DNA of 63,714 nucleotides, filler included, from Octopus bimaculoides (Eukaryota), in the NCBI RefSeq assembly GCF_001194135.2. It is 6 parts of 6 records of this genome, joined end to end, with 100 filler letters (N's around TTAATTAATTAA, not from the genome) between each part and the next. Parts side by side here need not be neighbours in the genome. Positions count along the whole stretch, not along the records: positions 12,969 to 34,264 come from NC_068985.1; 5 more parts are not named here. One strand, 5' to 3'. How positions within the stretch are numbered: the first letter of the stretch is position 1; each line of letters starts with the position of its first letter. The notes under the pieces are model-generated. The model searched no databases and was not told the DNA's origin. It was given only the letters and a program-made list of their open reading frames with translations. A program made the position numbers and the translations under genes. Positions 13,316-25,631 of this stretch are shown here, piece after piece.

Positions 13316-13343
13316 CCCGGGCAAAGCCGGGTATTTCTGCTAG
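13316..13343 (+). mobile_element. Helitron 3' terminus (GC hairpin plus CTAG|T)
   Basis: cccgg-gcaaag-ccggg hairpin, then tatttctg, CTAG and T: the canonical Helitron 3' end. Confidence 0.7.
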
Positions 13344-13389
13344 TATATGTATATATATATATATATATATGTGTAATCTTTTATCTATT

Positions 13390-13525
13390 ACTTATTTCAG
13401 TCATGAGACTGCGGCTATGCTGGAGCATCGCTTTGAAGAATTTTTAGACGAATTAATTAAGTGACTCTAGTACTTATTTTTCTTAAGCCTCGTACTTATT
13501 CTTTCGGTCTATTTTGCCAAACCGC
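13390..13525 (-). mobile_element. SINE 3' fragment
   Basis: ttatttcagtcatgagactgcggctatgctggagca...tacttattctttcggtc matches 35740-35850. Confidence 0.75.
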
Positions 13526-13559
13526 ATCGTATAACAACAGGAGTCGATTCCATCAGGAA

Positions 13560-14030
13560 TCCAAACAGAAAGGTGGGACGTGTAGCGATTCTTATTTGGT
13601 GTACGTAACAGAGTGCACGAAATATAACTTGATTTATGTTGGTTGTACAACAGAACAATCAAACAAAAGATCCAATAAGCACAGATATGACGTCAGACAC
13701 AATAACAGTCGTTCAACAGAGCTTGCCGAATATTTTACATCGAAAAGACGTGAAACTGCATATTTTCAGAAAATATTCTGAATTTGCTTCACTTTCAGTC
13801 CTCAAAAGGAAGGAAGAGAAATTTGTTTGTGTGTTATGAACATCACGCACTGAAGGAATCACAGAGGAATTTTATCATATTTACACAAAACTGATTAGGT
13901 ATTTTTCTTTTTCCTTTTTGTTTTTTTCTACTATTTTTTTCTCTTTTTTGCTTTGTTTTCGTTTTACCAGTTTTAAACTTGAAAAGTGAAGACTGTTGAT
14001 GTCATTCCATCAACATGGGAACGCTGTTTG
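13560..14030 (+). mobile_element. Penelope-like element 3' fragment: GIY-YIG endonuclease relic plus downstream UTR
   Basis: ORF 13461-13781 contains YLVYVTECTKYNLIYVGCTTEQSNKRSNKHRYDVRHNNSRSTELAEYF (GIY-YIG VY.I.C..C...YVG.T...R...HR pattern), followed by ..LKRKEEKFVCVL.. Confidence 0.8.
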
Positions 14031-14241
14031 CCCTCGTTCAAATTTTGAATTTGAATTTCTATAATTTTAAGTGTCCGTCTATCACTTTTCATTTTGAACT
14101 CGACAAAAACAGGCAAGCTGTCGAAATATCGTTCAACCAATAAGATATCTATTGCAATCGCATCGCGCTCTTCCTACTGTCTATTTACCGTCGAGGAAAG
14201 TTATGTCATTCCTTTAAAATACTATTATTTCTCTATCACAG

Positions 14242-14330
14242 GTTTTGTTGGAGCTCCTAGAGTCCTACATGCGTAGCCAGCTTACTACCTGCACCCTACG
14301 GTACAATACTATCCATTCTTTTCAGCTATC
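14242..14330 (+). repeat. Dispersed ~90-bp repeat, second copy at 17031-17119
   Basis: gttttgttggagctcct...agcttactac...cctacggt...ttctttt(t)cagctatc is shared by both copies. Confidence 0.75.
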
Positions 14331-14389
14331 GAAAACTTTCCCGATGATTTATCATCATCATCATCATTATTATTATTATTATTATTATG

Positions 14390-14970
14390 AAAAACACTCG
14401 GATGGTTCTTAATTACCGGTTGTTCTTTACTTGAAAGCAGGCAATAACAAATCACCAAAGGTTTCAAGTTGAACCTTCTCTCTGACTCAAAGAGACAATA
14501 CTCTCCCTAGAATGCGTGATGTACCCAACAATGCTGTCTTCTGGATCACTTTGAGTCTGACAACAGCTCCAATATTCTTAATATGTTTTTCAAAGCTCTT
14601 GGAAACTACTCCAAATGCTCTAATTACCACCGGTATCACTATTACTTTCCTCATACCCCATAACTTTCCTGTCTCATCCCGTAGTGGCTGGCATTTCTCA
14701 ATCTTTTCTGTTTCCTTACATTTCACCCTCGAATCGCCTGGTATTGCAACATCTATTATCTTTGCTTCTTTTTCATCTTTATGGTTGATCACGATATCTG
14801 GTTGTCTCACTTCTATGACTTGGTCGCACTGTATATTAAAATCCCAGAGTATTTTGTAATGTTCGTTTTCCATTACTCCCTCTGGCTTGTGTTCATACCA
14901 TCGTTCGACTCTCTCGAGGTTTGCTTTACCGCACAACAGCCAGTGGACATATCTGGCCACATTGTCGTGT
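14390..14970 (-). mobile_element. 5'-truncated R4/Dong-like LINE, RLE domain plus 3' UTR ending in a (TAA)n tract
   Basis: ORF 14487-14960: ARYVHW..WYEHKPEGVMENEHYKILWDFNIQCD..RQPDIV..KIIDVAIPGD..IPVVIRAFG..QKTALLGTSRIL; (ATT)n at ~14366-14388. Confidence 0.9.
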
Positions 14971-15159
14971 CACATATCTGGCCACATTGTCCTGTCACAT
15001 ATCGGGCCACATTGTCGTGTCACATATCTAGCCACATTATCGTGTCACATATCAAGCCACATTGTCGTGTCACATAACTGGCCACATTGTCGTGTCACAT
15101 ACCTGGCCCCATTGTCGTAACATATCTGGCCACATTGTCGTGTCACATACCTAACCACA
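14946..15159. repeat. 25-bp minisatellite, ~8.6 copies
   Basis: Unit cacatatctggccacattgtcgtgt with 0-4 substitutions per copy. Confidence 0.95.
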
Positions 15160-15386
15160 GTTATTTTTATTGTTATTATTATTGTTGTTGATGTTGTTGT
15201 TGTTATCCAAATCAGTTTGTTCGGCTGCATGCGACTTAGAGTTTCCTAGGCTTCTTATAGAAACTTAAAGTCGCATGGGGTGAAAGCAAACTGTTGTAAA
15301 TAACATATCTGCAACACCTATTAAATGTGCTAAGTGCCTTCTTCTTTCCCTTGCTCACTCACCTCTCTCTCACTCTCACTCTCTCT

Positions 15387-15433
<47 letters not shown>

Positions 15434-16438
15434 TATATATATATAATATTGTGTATGTGTGTGTGTGTGTCTGTGTGTGCAGATTTAAAGAGACGACAGC
15501 CAGTTTCAGTGAGATAAAGCTAAATAAAAATGTTGTTTATTATGGCGATATTTTTGATGGCTGTTCAGAAATTTTGTGAATGTTTGAGAGGTTTTGATTG
15601 TATCAGGTTATCTGGAATTGCTTGCGCTGTTCATTGTTTTTTATTGTTAAATAATGCAAATTATTTAACCATTAAAAATAATGCTGCAGTAATTACACTT
15701 TGAAACAAATGAGAACAATATTGTTATAGCAATTACAATTATGACAATATTTCACCAGTTGTCAAACATGAAATCTTATAAATAAGGGCCAAGGATACGT
15801 CCTAATAAAGATTTGTTGTTACAAATTCTTGCTTCTTTTGTTAAAACTAAAAAGGATTTAATTATTTGTTAAAGACTAATATTAAAAGCGAAGTTGCTGA
15901 TTTATGACTATATATGACTGATTTTATGTTTGTGTTAAAGCATCTGCATTATGTGCAGTTGTGGGAGGTTATTTGTTTTTATTTTGTATATATATATAAA
16001 AACTAAGATGGCGCTATAAAAGGGCCATAGCTACAAATGTAAACCGTTAAAAGTATTACAACAGACGGACATACATACGGGAAATTAATATTATAAGCAA
16101 GATTACAATGATTATTATTTTATTTTTTGCTCCCCTAACGCTGGTGTTATATAGTGGCATCAACTGCACCATGCTAGTGAACTGAGGTAATTCCCCATAT
16201 TTTTCAGTAAAATTCTTATTTTTTCAATGTACTTTTCAAGATCTTTATTTACAGTTCTTAATATTCTGTTAATTATTAGTATCATTACTCCTCATTTTAT
16301 CGGCGTAAACTGTTTAACTTCTCCAGTTAATCTGCCGTATCTATAAACTTCTTTCTTTTTTTATTATAGCCTTCCTGTCAGCTTGTTATGGTGCATACTA
16401 TTATTATTATTATTATTATTATTATTATCATCATTATT

Positions 16439-16996
16439 ATTGAGTGAGAGAGCAGTGCATGCCATCAAAGTGACACTGGGGTAAAATATTCGAAGCCCAG
16501 TATACCCATCTTGACTACCCGTCTGATAAGGGTACACCAGGCACATGCATCACAACCATATGTGCACAACATGGTGATTTCATATGAAGATATACAGCGC
16601 ATCACCTTGCTGGTGTGGCCCAGCTAGAATTTTCTTCAGGTTGAGTAGCCTACCCTACTCAAAAGGTCCCTGAATAAGGTTTGTTTAAGGATGATGAACG
16701 AAACATCCATGTTTCCAAAGGGGAATTATTCAAACCCCAAAGAATCCCTCTCAACACATGGCTATGGTTCTCCCTCACTACGTCTGCTCCTGATCAGAGA
16801 TGCACACGTCATCAGCCACCAAGGAACATGCTCAACTGGTTAAGGTCAAACAACTGACAAGCAAATCTGTGGTATTGAGCAGAATATTTGCTGTGCCCCA
16901 TCTTTTATACCAAGACAAAACAATGTACATGATAACACTTCGAATGAGTTAAGATCAAAAGCCGTGAGGGCCACTGCCTATTACTGCATCAGGGTA
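16439..16996 (+). mobile_element. ~560-bp non-coding interspersed element embedded in (ATT)n; inverted copy at 47932-48490
   Basis: Full-length reverse-complement similarity to 47932-48490; both copies are flanked by TAA/ATT-rich repeats; no ORF or TIR. Confidence 0.85.
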
Positions 16997-17990
16997 TAAT
17001 TATTATTATTATTATTTCTTTTTATCATATGTTTTGTTGGAGCTCCTGGAATGTTGTATGCGAAGCGAGCTTACTACATACAGCCTACGGTGTCATGCTA
17101 TTCGTTCTTTTCAGCTATCTAATACTCTCCTTATTATTCTGGCCGTTCCAAGGAGGTAAACCTTTTGCAACAGTTCTACTGGGCATTCTATTCCGATTTC
17201 CTTTATATTTCTCTTGATGCCTTCTGATCTTTGCTTTCTTTTTTCCAGTAGATTTTCATGAATAAAATGCTATTTCAAAGTGATTAATGCCTTTTCCTAA
17301 AATTAGCAAATCCTAATTTGAATTATTTCTCGCCGCATTTTGAATAAAATTGAACTTTTCTTTTTGAATATTTTATATCATTTACGTTCGTCATCGACGT
17401 CGTTGCGATGTTAACATACTTCCCACGTATTTCAATTAATATTTTTACATTAGAAAAGAATAATATTTTTACATACATAACAATTTCACATATAAATATT
17501 ATGAAACTATTTTTAACAAAATTATCTTTACACAATTTTATCCGTTTTATTTTGGCTCAATTTGGATCATAATGGCGTCAAGTGAAAAGAATTTCACTTG
17601 AATTTCGCTCGCAAAAAAGCGAAAATGAAAATAACAAAGGTTAAAAAAGACAAAATCACATTTATTTTGCATCCAAACATGCATTATTCATTCATGAAAA
17701 GCATTGTGTTTTTTGTGTTTTAGGTTCTGAATGCTGACTGGGAGGCAAAAGCAATAACATTGAAACTTACGCAGGAAAGAAAATCTCGGAGAGTCAAAAA
17801 TACCCTAGTGAAGACATTTCTGGTAAATCAGCTGGTTTTGTGCGAATTATACAGAACATAGAAGAAGATAATGTTGAAAGCACAGTGATTGAACTTCGTT
17901 CATTAAGACTTTGACATTTCGCTTGAACTATTTCATTTCCGAGTGGACGAAACGAATGTTAATTGAGATTTGTTTCATGAAAGGTAAATT

Positions 17991-18456
17991 CTTTTCTACT
18001 CTAGGCTTAGACCCTAAATTTGGGGAAGGAGGGGGCCAGTCGATTAGATCGACCACAGTACGCAACTGGTACTTAATGTATCGATTCGAAAGGATGAAAG
18101 TTAAAGTCGACCTCAGTGGAATTTTAACTCAGAACGTAAAAACAGACGAAATACTACTAAGCATTTCGCCCGGCGTGCTAACGTTTCTTATTTCTCTATT
18201 GCCCACAAGGGGCTAAACATAGAGGNNNNNNNNNNCGCCCGGCGTGCTAACGTTTCTTATTTCTCTATTGCCCACAAGGGGCTAAACATAGAGGGGACAA
18301 ACAAGGACAGACAAAAGGATTAAGTTGATTACATTGACTCCAGTGCGCAACTGCTATTTAATTTATCGACCCCAAAAGGATGAAAGGTAAAGCCGACCTC
18401 GGCGGAATTTGAACTCAGAACGTAAAGACAGGCGAAATACCGCTAAGCATTTCGCC
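17991..18456 (-). mobile_element. Dimeric SINE insertion with 17-bp target-site duplication
   Basis: Two SINE units (gtcgacctc..gaatttgaactcagaacgta..gaaatac..ctaagcatttcgcc) flanked by ttcatgaaaggtaaatt at 17974-17990 and 18457-18473. Confidence 0.85.
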
Positions 18457-20974
18457 TTCATGAAAGGTAAATTGCCTGAGATATGCTTTTATATTTTTTA
18501 GGGGCTTATTATATATGTTGGATGCTATGCGCAAAGGTTGCTCTATTTGAGCTGTGTAAATAATGGCTTACACTGAATATGAGCTTTGCCAAGCAGACCT
18601 GTATTTTTAACTGCGTGTAGTTTTGTGCAGATTTTTAATCACAATTCTCTACTTACTACCGATGCAGTTTTCAACTTCATTCCCGCCATTTTGAATATTT
18701 TAGCTTTAAAATTCTTGTATTTTGCAAAGTTTATAATGGATGAAACATATACCAGTAATACTCAGAGTCAATTCCTTTCACTCGACGCTCAAGTCCATCA
18801 ACTCCCCTCCAACTGAGTGCCAAGGAAAAATATTTGAAATACCATTAACTCACTCTTGTGTCGATCAAAGATAAAAGAAATATGGTGGCCTGGCAAAATC
18901 GTTAGAGAGTCGAAAGACAGCTTTGTGGTTCTTGTTCCTGTTCTTTTACAAGGTCAAATCCCACCAGCGGTAAGGTTGTCTTCCAACTATTCGAATTCAA
19001 TTAAATCAAGATCAGCCAATCACCAGGCTCGATGGAAACGACTGACTCTGCCCCGCCAAAATTTCAATTCTTGTGCCTAAATTCGAAACAATTATAAAAG
19101 CGAGGAGAGAAGAGAACGAAGGGGATGACAATTAGAAATGGTGAAATGGTTGTATTTCTTATTCTGAGTTCAAATCTGGCTGAGTTTCATTTTTATATTT
19201 TGCCGGGATCATTATGATAAACACTAGCCCTACTTGGAATGGTATAAATGAAAGTATCCGTTCCTTTCTTGGGCCTCAGTTAAAAATTATTTTCATAAGA
19301 GACAGACAGAGGATAGGAGCAAAAGAAAATCTAATCATATAGATTGCACTCTTTAGTTCGATCTTTCAGACTTCTTTGTTAAATTTTCCTGTATTGATTA
19401 TTCATCTCATTTCTCTCAGATCGATTCCGAAAGAATCTTCTCTTCTTGATAAATTAAGGAAATTCGTGCTTTGGCAGAAGAAAAAAAAACATAATGGTTC
19501 ATAAAATTACAGTTGAAAACTAAACAGCAATACAGTAAGAAATCAGAACAAAGTTAGCAAATGTCCGGTTATATATTTGCCATCGGATGAGTTATGTAAG
19601 AAATCGATAGTAATAATATTGAAAGAACAGAAGAAAATTCTTAAGAAATCATTTTCCTCGCAGAACAAATTCTAATAAAGGATCTACAATGCTAATAACA
19701 CCTTCTAAGTAGAAATATTCACGCAAAAGATTGGAAACGTGCCAAACCATTTTATATTTTAACAAGCATTACTTGTGAGTGCAACGTTGAATTCGTCTAT
19801 ACGTAATATAACAACAACATTGGAATAAATAACATTTTAGCAGTAAATAGTCAATTAATTCAGATCAACAAAGCAACGGAATTATAAACATAATCACACA
19901 CAGATACACACGTGTGCGTGCGTGCGTGCGTGCGTGCGTGCAAACTTTGACTTATGGTAGCGTATGAGGAAGTCACTGTGCTGCAAGCATTCAGTCCAGG
20001 CCTCTGCCTACCAGAGATCAGCTATTTGATATTAACCTGTAAATGTTCAGGTTAAGCATGGACAGCATTAACCTCAGCAGCCTGGCCGAGACGCATAAGC
20101 ACTCCACAGAACAAAAAAAATTATTCCAAAAAATACACAGAATATTATTATTCTTCGTGGCGCCTAAGACGCCATTTTTCGTTTAAAAAACAGCGGCGAT
20201 TTATTAATAACAAAATAAGCTGAATATGAAATATGAAAGACAAAATTAATTCTTATCACAAGATTTTAATTTTTTGTGTCTCTCAGCAATTCATTATGTA
20301 TTCAGAAAAATAGATTAATTATACGATGTTATTGTTGAATTAGTGTAATAAGTATTCAAGTTTCGGTTTTAATATTTGCTGAAAAGATAAAACCGTCGCT
20401 TCCTTTACCAATTCTCTGAAATAATAAATACAAAAGGCAATAAAACGAGTTATTCAGTAGAATAGATTAACATCCATACACAGTGAATCGGATAACTGTG
20501 GCCGCTAATCAAGCTCTTTCTCGCAGCCAGTTTAATTTCATAGGATCGAAATGTTAAAAACGCCAAGCTTGATACTCTCAACTACATTTCACAGAAATTA
20601 CAGAAAGTTCCTTGTGCCTTCTTCATTTTCCCTTTTTTTTCCAAGTGGCGCTCGTCGGAATGTCCTCAAAAGGATTTAGTTTACGAGGAAAAGCGTTGTC
20701 CTCATTCTTGTACGAGAATAACCACAGAGAATTCTTTGCCGTAGCCACAAGGCAGAGGAAGAAACACTGATGTTTTGAAAAGTTAACAACTTCTAACTAT
20801 TTATACGTCACAGCCACTAACCAGCTACCAGCACCAACGTTAGTATACACTGCAAAAGAGTCTATTGCTGATGAGGTTTTGTCGCCTCCACCTTCGGGGT
20901 CCCTACAGAGATTACTTCAAATATGAAATACGCTTCCTCTCAGCAACACAGTTATCGGTTTCAAATTTTGGCAC

Positions 20975-21060
20975 TGGTATTTATTCAGTCGACTCTGGCG
21001 GCATTTGAACTCAGAACGTAAAGTCGGAAGAAATGCTGCTAAGCATCTTTGTCCGACTTC
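20975..21060 (-). mobile_element. SINE fragment
   Basis: gtcgactctggcggcatttgaactcagaacgtaaag...gctaagcat matches the 18100-18180 unit. Confidence 0.7.
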
Positions 21061-21540
21061 TCGACTACAACTGCTCTCGGTCCAGCATCTTACAAATAAT
21101 GAATGGCCCAATCCGATTAAATGTCGTTCGGAGGATGGTATAAAAGTTATTCAGTAAAATATGAAAGATACAGTCGTTGTCTTCTAATTTAGTATAAACT
21201 TTCATTTATTTCTTCCTTTTAGACTATTTCTTCGTGAAATTAACCACCCTCCATGTTATCTCGTAAATCTCCCACCAATAACAGTTCAGCTTCATATCTG
21301 GGCTAAATCCGACATCTAACATTTTACTCGGGCATATCGTTCAGAAACATGTGTTGGTCGACATGTTTCATCGCTTCAAATACCGGTTTGTAAATTCTCA
21401 GATTATTCTGGGCTTCTGTAAATCTAGGTACAACTTTATCAATGAAGAATCACAGGTATTAACATTCAGAAAAGGTAGGTTTGTGCAGATCAGATAACAT
21501 GATTAATATATTGGAACAGAGGAGGAAAGACTTGTAATTC

Positions 21541-21603
21541 ACAGTGCACCTCTGAAAAGTCTCCCAACAGTGCACCTCTGAAAAGTCTCCCAACAGCACA
21601 CCT
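21541..21603. repeat. 26-bp tandem duplication
   Basis: acagtgcacctctgaaaagtctccca x2 plus a partial third copy. Confidence 0.9.
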
Positions 21604-23399
21604 AACCAAGGAATTTTGAGACTCTGAAGTTTTAGAGAAGAGAATTAAACTATACCCCCTTCTATTGTACACTCTGAGTTTGCTTCAGTGGATTTCACAT
21701 AGAATACAGTGTTTATTATCAAGACATAACAATGAAGAATGAAGAGCTACATATCTTTAAAATTCATTGAATAAAAATCATTTTCTTCATATTACATTCC
21801 GACACGTGTTTCTAATGAATAACTGTTATAGATAAGTCAAGGTACCCAATAGATACCATGTTTCTTCTTTGTTCCGAATTTTTTCAAGTCCGTCCATTCA
21901 TTTTATCTTATGTTTAATATTAACGATCAGTGATGTTAATACATCCTGACATATTTAAGGTTCCTTCTGGTAATAAGGATAGTGTAGTAATCAGCTTTCT
22001 TACTGTCTAAAGAGGTAGTCGAAGTTGAAATGAAACTAGAACTGCAGAGATATCATATTTCACCACTACCTCCACTGTCTTTTGTCCGAATCTTTTAGAT
22101 TCTCTTGCCAAAAAGGAATTTTAAGAACTTATGTTAAATACTAGAATTTTCAGTTCGTTTCACTCACCTGTATGGGAAACACCTTAAATAAAGCTGTATA
22201 GGATGGTCGACCTTTGGATTAGAACCAGTACTACAACTGATTTGATATAAATCATTCAAATACACAAAACAATCATATGAAATGGTTTTAAGGCAGTTAG
22301 TCGGCAGAAACACGTGTCGGAACATAATACGAAGAAAAGGTTTTTGATAAATCGATTTTAAACATGTACACGTCTACACTCTACAGTTTTATGCCTTAAT
22401 GCGTGTGTGTGTGCGCGCGCGCGCGTAAATATATACATATATATAGAGAGAGAAAGAGGCAAAGAAAGAAAGACAGAAAGAAAGAAAGAAAGGAAAAGAT
22501 ATAGGTAAATAGTAAACATTGGCTTTCGATATTTAAATATTTTTAAGTTCGGAAACAAACAAATACCGTGATATTCTTTATGTGTTGCTATGACAGTGTC
22601 GGGTATCAAGCCATTCCCAATGAAAAGCGCTGAGTTATTTTTATCAGTGAGATATTAAGAGAGTTAGTCACAGAGATAAAGATGAAACGATATTGATCGA
22701 AAATCGTGATACAACTAACCGGCAGCTCAAAAGAATATATAACTGAATATGTGTGTGTATATAATGTATTTGTATGTATAATATCCATTACTTGTGTAAT
22801 ATGGCTTCCAATGCATTAGGGTCAGCTATCCAAATGTATCCACAAACAAACCCAAGTTATTAAGATAGCTGTTAAATATGAAAAAATATGGTTGAACTCG
22901 ATTGAAATGGATTCAGATTAAATTATTCCCTAGCGACAACCACAGCCAAAAATTGTATTCGTTTCTGTATAATGTCTACATGGTTGTAAATGGTTGAATA
23001 ACCAGAGAAAAAAGAGGGAGATAAATTAAAGAAATTAGATGTGGATCTTTCGAAGTCTAACCAAACTTTAAATCGCTTTCATTATCATCTATCTTCGTTT
23101 TAAGAGAAATATTGGCTATTTGAACTGGAAAGATCATAAAGATGCAGGCAAGCAGTCTCATCATTCACCGAGAATCGTCTTTTATATCATCGTAGTCATC
23201 CTCGCCATCATCGTTCTTATTTCCTGCCACCCCGCTTCCTTCCCATTCACCTAATCTTCATCGCCGCCATCGCCTCCAACAACGTCTCTGATTGTATCTT
23301 CGCCGTCGTCGTCGTCCTCCTCCTCGTATGCTAAGTTCTCTATGTTGTTGATATTTTCCATTCATTAATCATTGACGTCGTCTAATTTGAAAAAAACTC

Positions 23400-23567
23400 A
23401 TTCGTCGTCATCGTCATCACCACCATTATCATCATCATTATGAATATCTTGTTTTTCACCACCACCACCACACCCACCCGCCACCACCACTACCACCACC
23501 ACCATCATCACCATCATCATCATCATCATCCTCATCATCTTCTTCATCATCATCATCATCATCATCT

Positions 23568-23598
<31 letters not shown>

Positions 23599-24808
23599 CA
23601 TCATCTTCTTCATCATCATCATCATATCATCATCATCATCATCATCATCCTCATCACCTTTTTCATCATCATCATCATCTTGTTCTTCATTATCATCTCC
23701 ATCACCATCNNNNNNNNNNNNNNNNNNNNNNNNNNNNNNNNNNNNNNNNNNNNNNNNNNNNNNNNNNNNNNNNNNNNNNNNNNNNNNNNNNNNNNNNNNN
23801 NNNNNNNNNNNNNNNNNNNNNNNNNNNNNNNNNNNNNNNNNNNNNNNNNNNNNNNNNNNNNNNNNNNNNNNNNNNNNNNNNNNNNNNNNNNNNNNNNNNN
23901 NNNNNNNNNNNNNNNNNNNNNNNNNNNNNNNNNNNNNNNNNNNNNNNNNNNNNNNNNNNNNNNNNNNNNNNNNNNNNNNNNNNNNNNNNNNNNNNNNNNN
24001 NNNNNNNNNNNNNNNNNNNNNNNNNNNNNNNNNNNNNNNNNNNNNNNNNNNNNNNNNNNNNNNNNNNNNNNNNNNNNNNNNNNNNNNNNNNNNNNNNNNN
24101 NNNNNNNNNNNNNNNNNNNNNNNNNNNNNNNNNNNNNNNNNNNNNNNNNNNNNNNNNNNNNNNNNNNNNNNNNNNNNNNNNNNNNNNNNNNNNNNNNNNN
24201 NNNNNNNNNNNNNNNNNNNNNNNNNNNNNNNNNNNNNNNNNNNNNNNNNNNNNNNNNNNNNNNNNNNNNNNNNNNNNNNNNNNNNNNNNNNNNNNNNNNN
24301 NNNNNNNNNNNNNNNNNNNNNNNNNNNNNNNNNNNNNNNNNNNNNNNNNNNNNNNNNNNNNNNNNNNNNNNNNNNNNNNNNNNNNNNNNNNNNNNNNNNN
24401 NNNNNNNNNNNNNNNNNNNNNNNNNNNNNNNNNNNNNNNNNNNNNNNNNNNNNNNNNNNNNNNNNNNNNNNNNNNNNNNNNNNNNNNNNNNNNNNNNNNN
24501 NNNNNNNNNNNNNNNNNNNNNNNNNNNNNNNNNNNNNNNNNNNNNNNNNNNNNNNNNNNNNNNNNNNNNNNNNNNNNNNNNNNNNNNNNNNNNNNNNNNN
24601 NNNNNNNNNNNNNNNNNNNNNNNNNNNNNNNNNNNNNNNNNNNNNNNNNNNNNNNNNNNNNNNNNNNNNNNNNNNNNNNNNNNNNNNTACCACCACCACC
24701 ATCATCACCATCATCATCATCATCATCCTCATCATCTTCTTCATCATCATCATCATCATCATCATCTTGTTCTTCATTATTATCTCCATCACCATCATAG
24801 CAATCACC

Positions 24809-24839
<31 letters not shown>

Positions 24840-25188
24840 TCCTCATCATCTTCTTCATCGTCGTCATCATCATCAGCTGCAGCAGCTGCAGCCTCATCAC
24901 AACTACCTTCGCCGTCGCCGTCGTATTATCCTGGTCGCTTCTATTAAGGCTATTTTGATCAATTATCGTCGACGTCCACCTCTTCACAAATAATCAACGT
25001 CATCGATATGATCTTAATCATCACCATCATCATCATCACCATCATCAATATTACGCTCGTTATCATTTAAATCATCCACACTCTCTTTCCCGACACCATC
25101 GTCGCTCTCATTCCATTTATTAGCTTATTATATTTATGGTAACCACCATAATCTCCATATCATCACCAGCATCATCATTATTGTCATA

Positions 25189-25224
<36 letters not shown>

Positions 25225-25225
25225 T
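23400..25225. repeat. Long (CAT)n/(CAC)n trinucleotide low-complexity tract spanning a ~980-N gap
   Basis: Direct inspection; the poly-His/Met ORFs derive from it. Confidence 0.95.
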
Positions 25226-25435
25226 GCTTAACATCTGTTTTCCATGCTGGTATGGGTTGGACGGTTTGACTGAGGACTAGTAAGCCATGAGGCTGTGCCA
25301 GGCTCCAATCTGATCAGGCAACGTTTCTACAGCTGGATGCCCTTCCTAACGCCAACCACACCGAGAATGTAGTAAGCGCTGTTTACGTGCCACCGGCATG
25401 GGAGCCAGTCAGGCGGCACTGGTATCGACCACGCT
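25226..25435. mobile_element. Interspersed repeat abutting the (CAT)n tract (SINE or LINE 3' end with trinucleotide tail, probably minus strand)
   Basis: ttccatgctggtatgggttggacgg...ctacagctggatgcccttcctaacgccaacc; partial similarity at ~13200. Confidence 0.55.
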
Positions 25436-25631
25436 TATATATATATAAGCTCGAAATAGGGAGTAATTCACAGTCGACAACTGAGGAGAGGTTAGACGTC
25501 TAGTGGTATTCTTGTCCGTACTTGTCTGTCATTACGTGTTTTTGAACTCGTGTGTAATGTCCTGTTCTTATTGTATATTTTTTGGTAATTTGTCCTGTAC
25601 TTATCGCTCGTGTGTCTACGTATTTTTCACT

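Noticed and set aside
14946-15159. CRISPR-like regular repeat
   Set aside because: Head-to-tail tandem units with no unique spacers, eukaryotic context, and derived from LINE sequence.
18167-18294. Exact 59-bp direct repeat
   Set aside because: The copies flank a 10-N gap; this is an unmerged contig overlap.
20620-20760. Strong polypyrimidine acceptor (ttttttttccaag) and a short ORF
   Set aside because: All frames stop soon afterwards, and there is no clear donor or recognisable homology.
23398-24993. 517-aa and 529-aa His/Met-rich ORFs
   Set aside because: Translations of (CAT)n repeats read through ~980 Ns.
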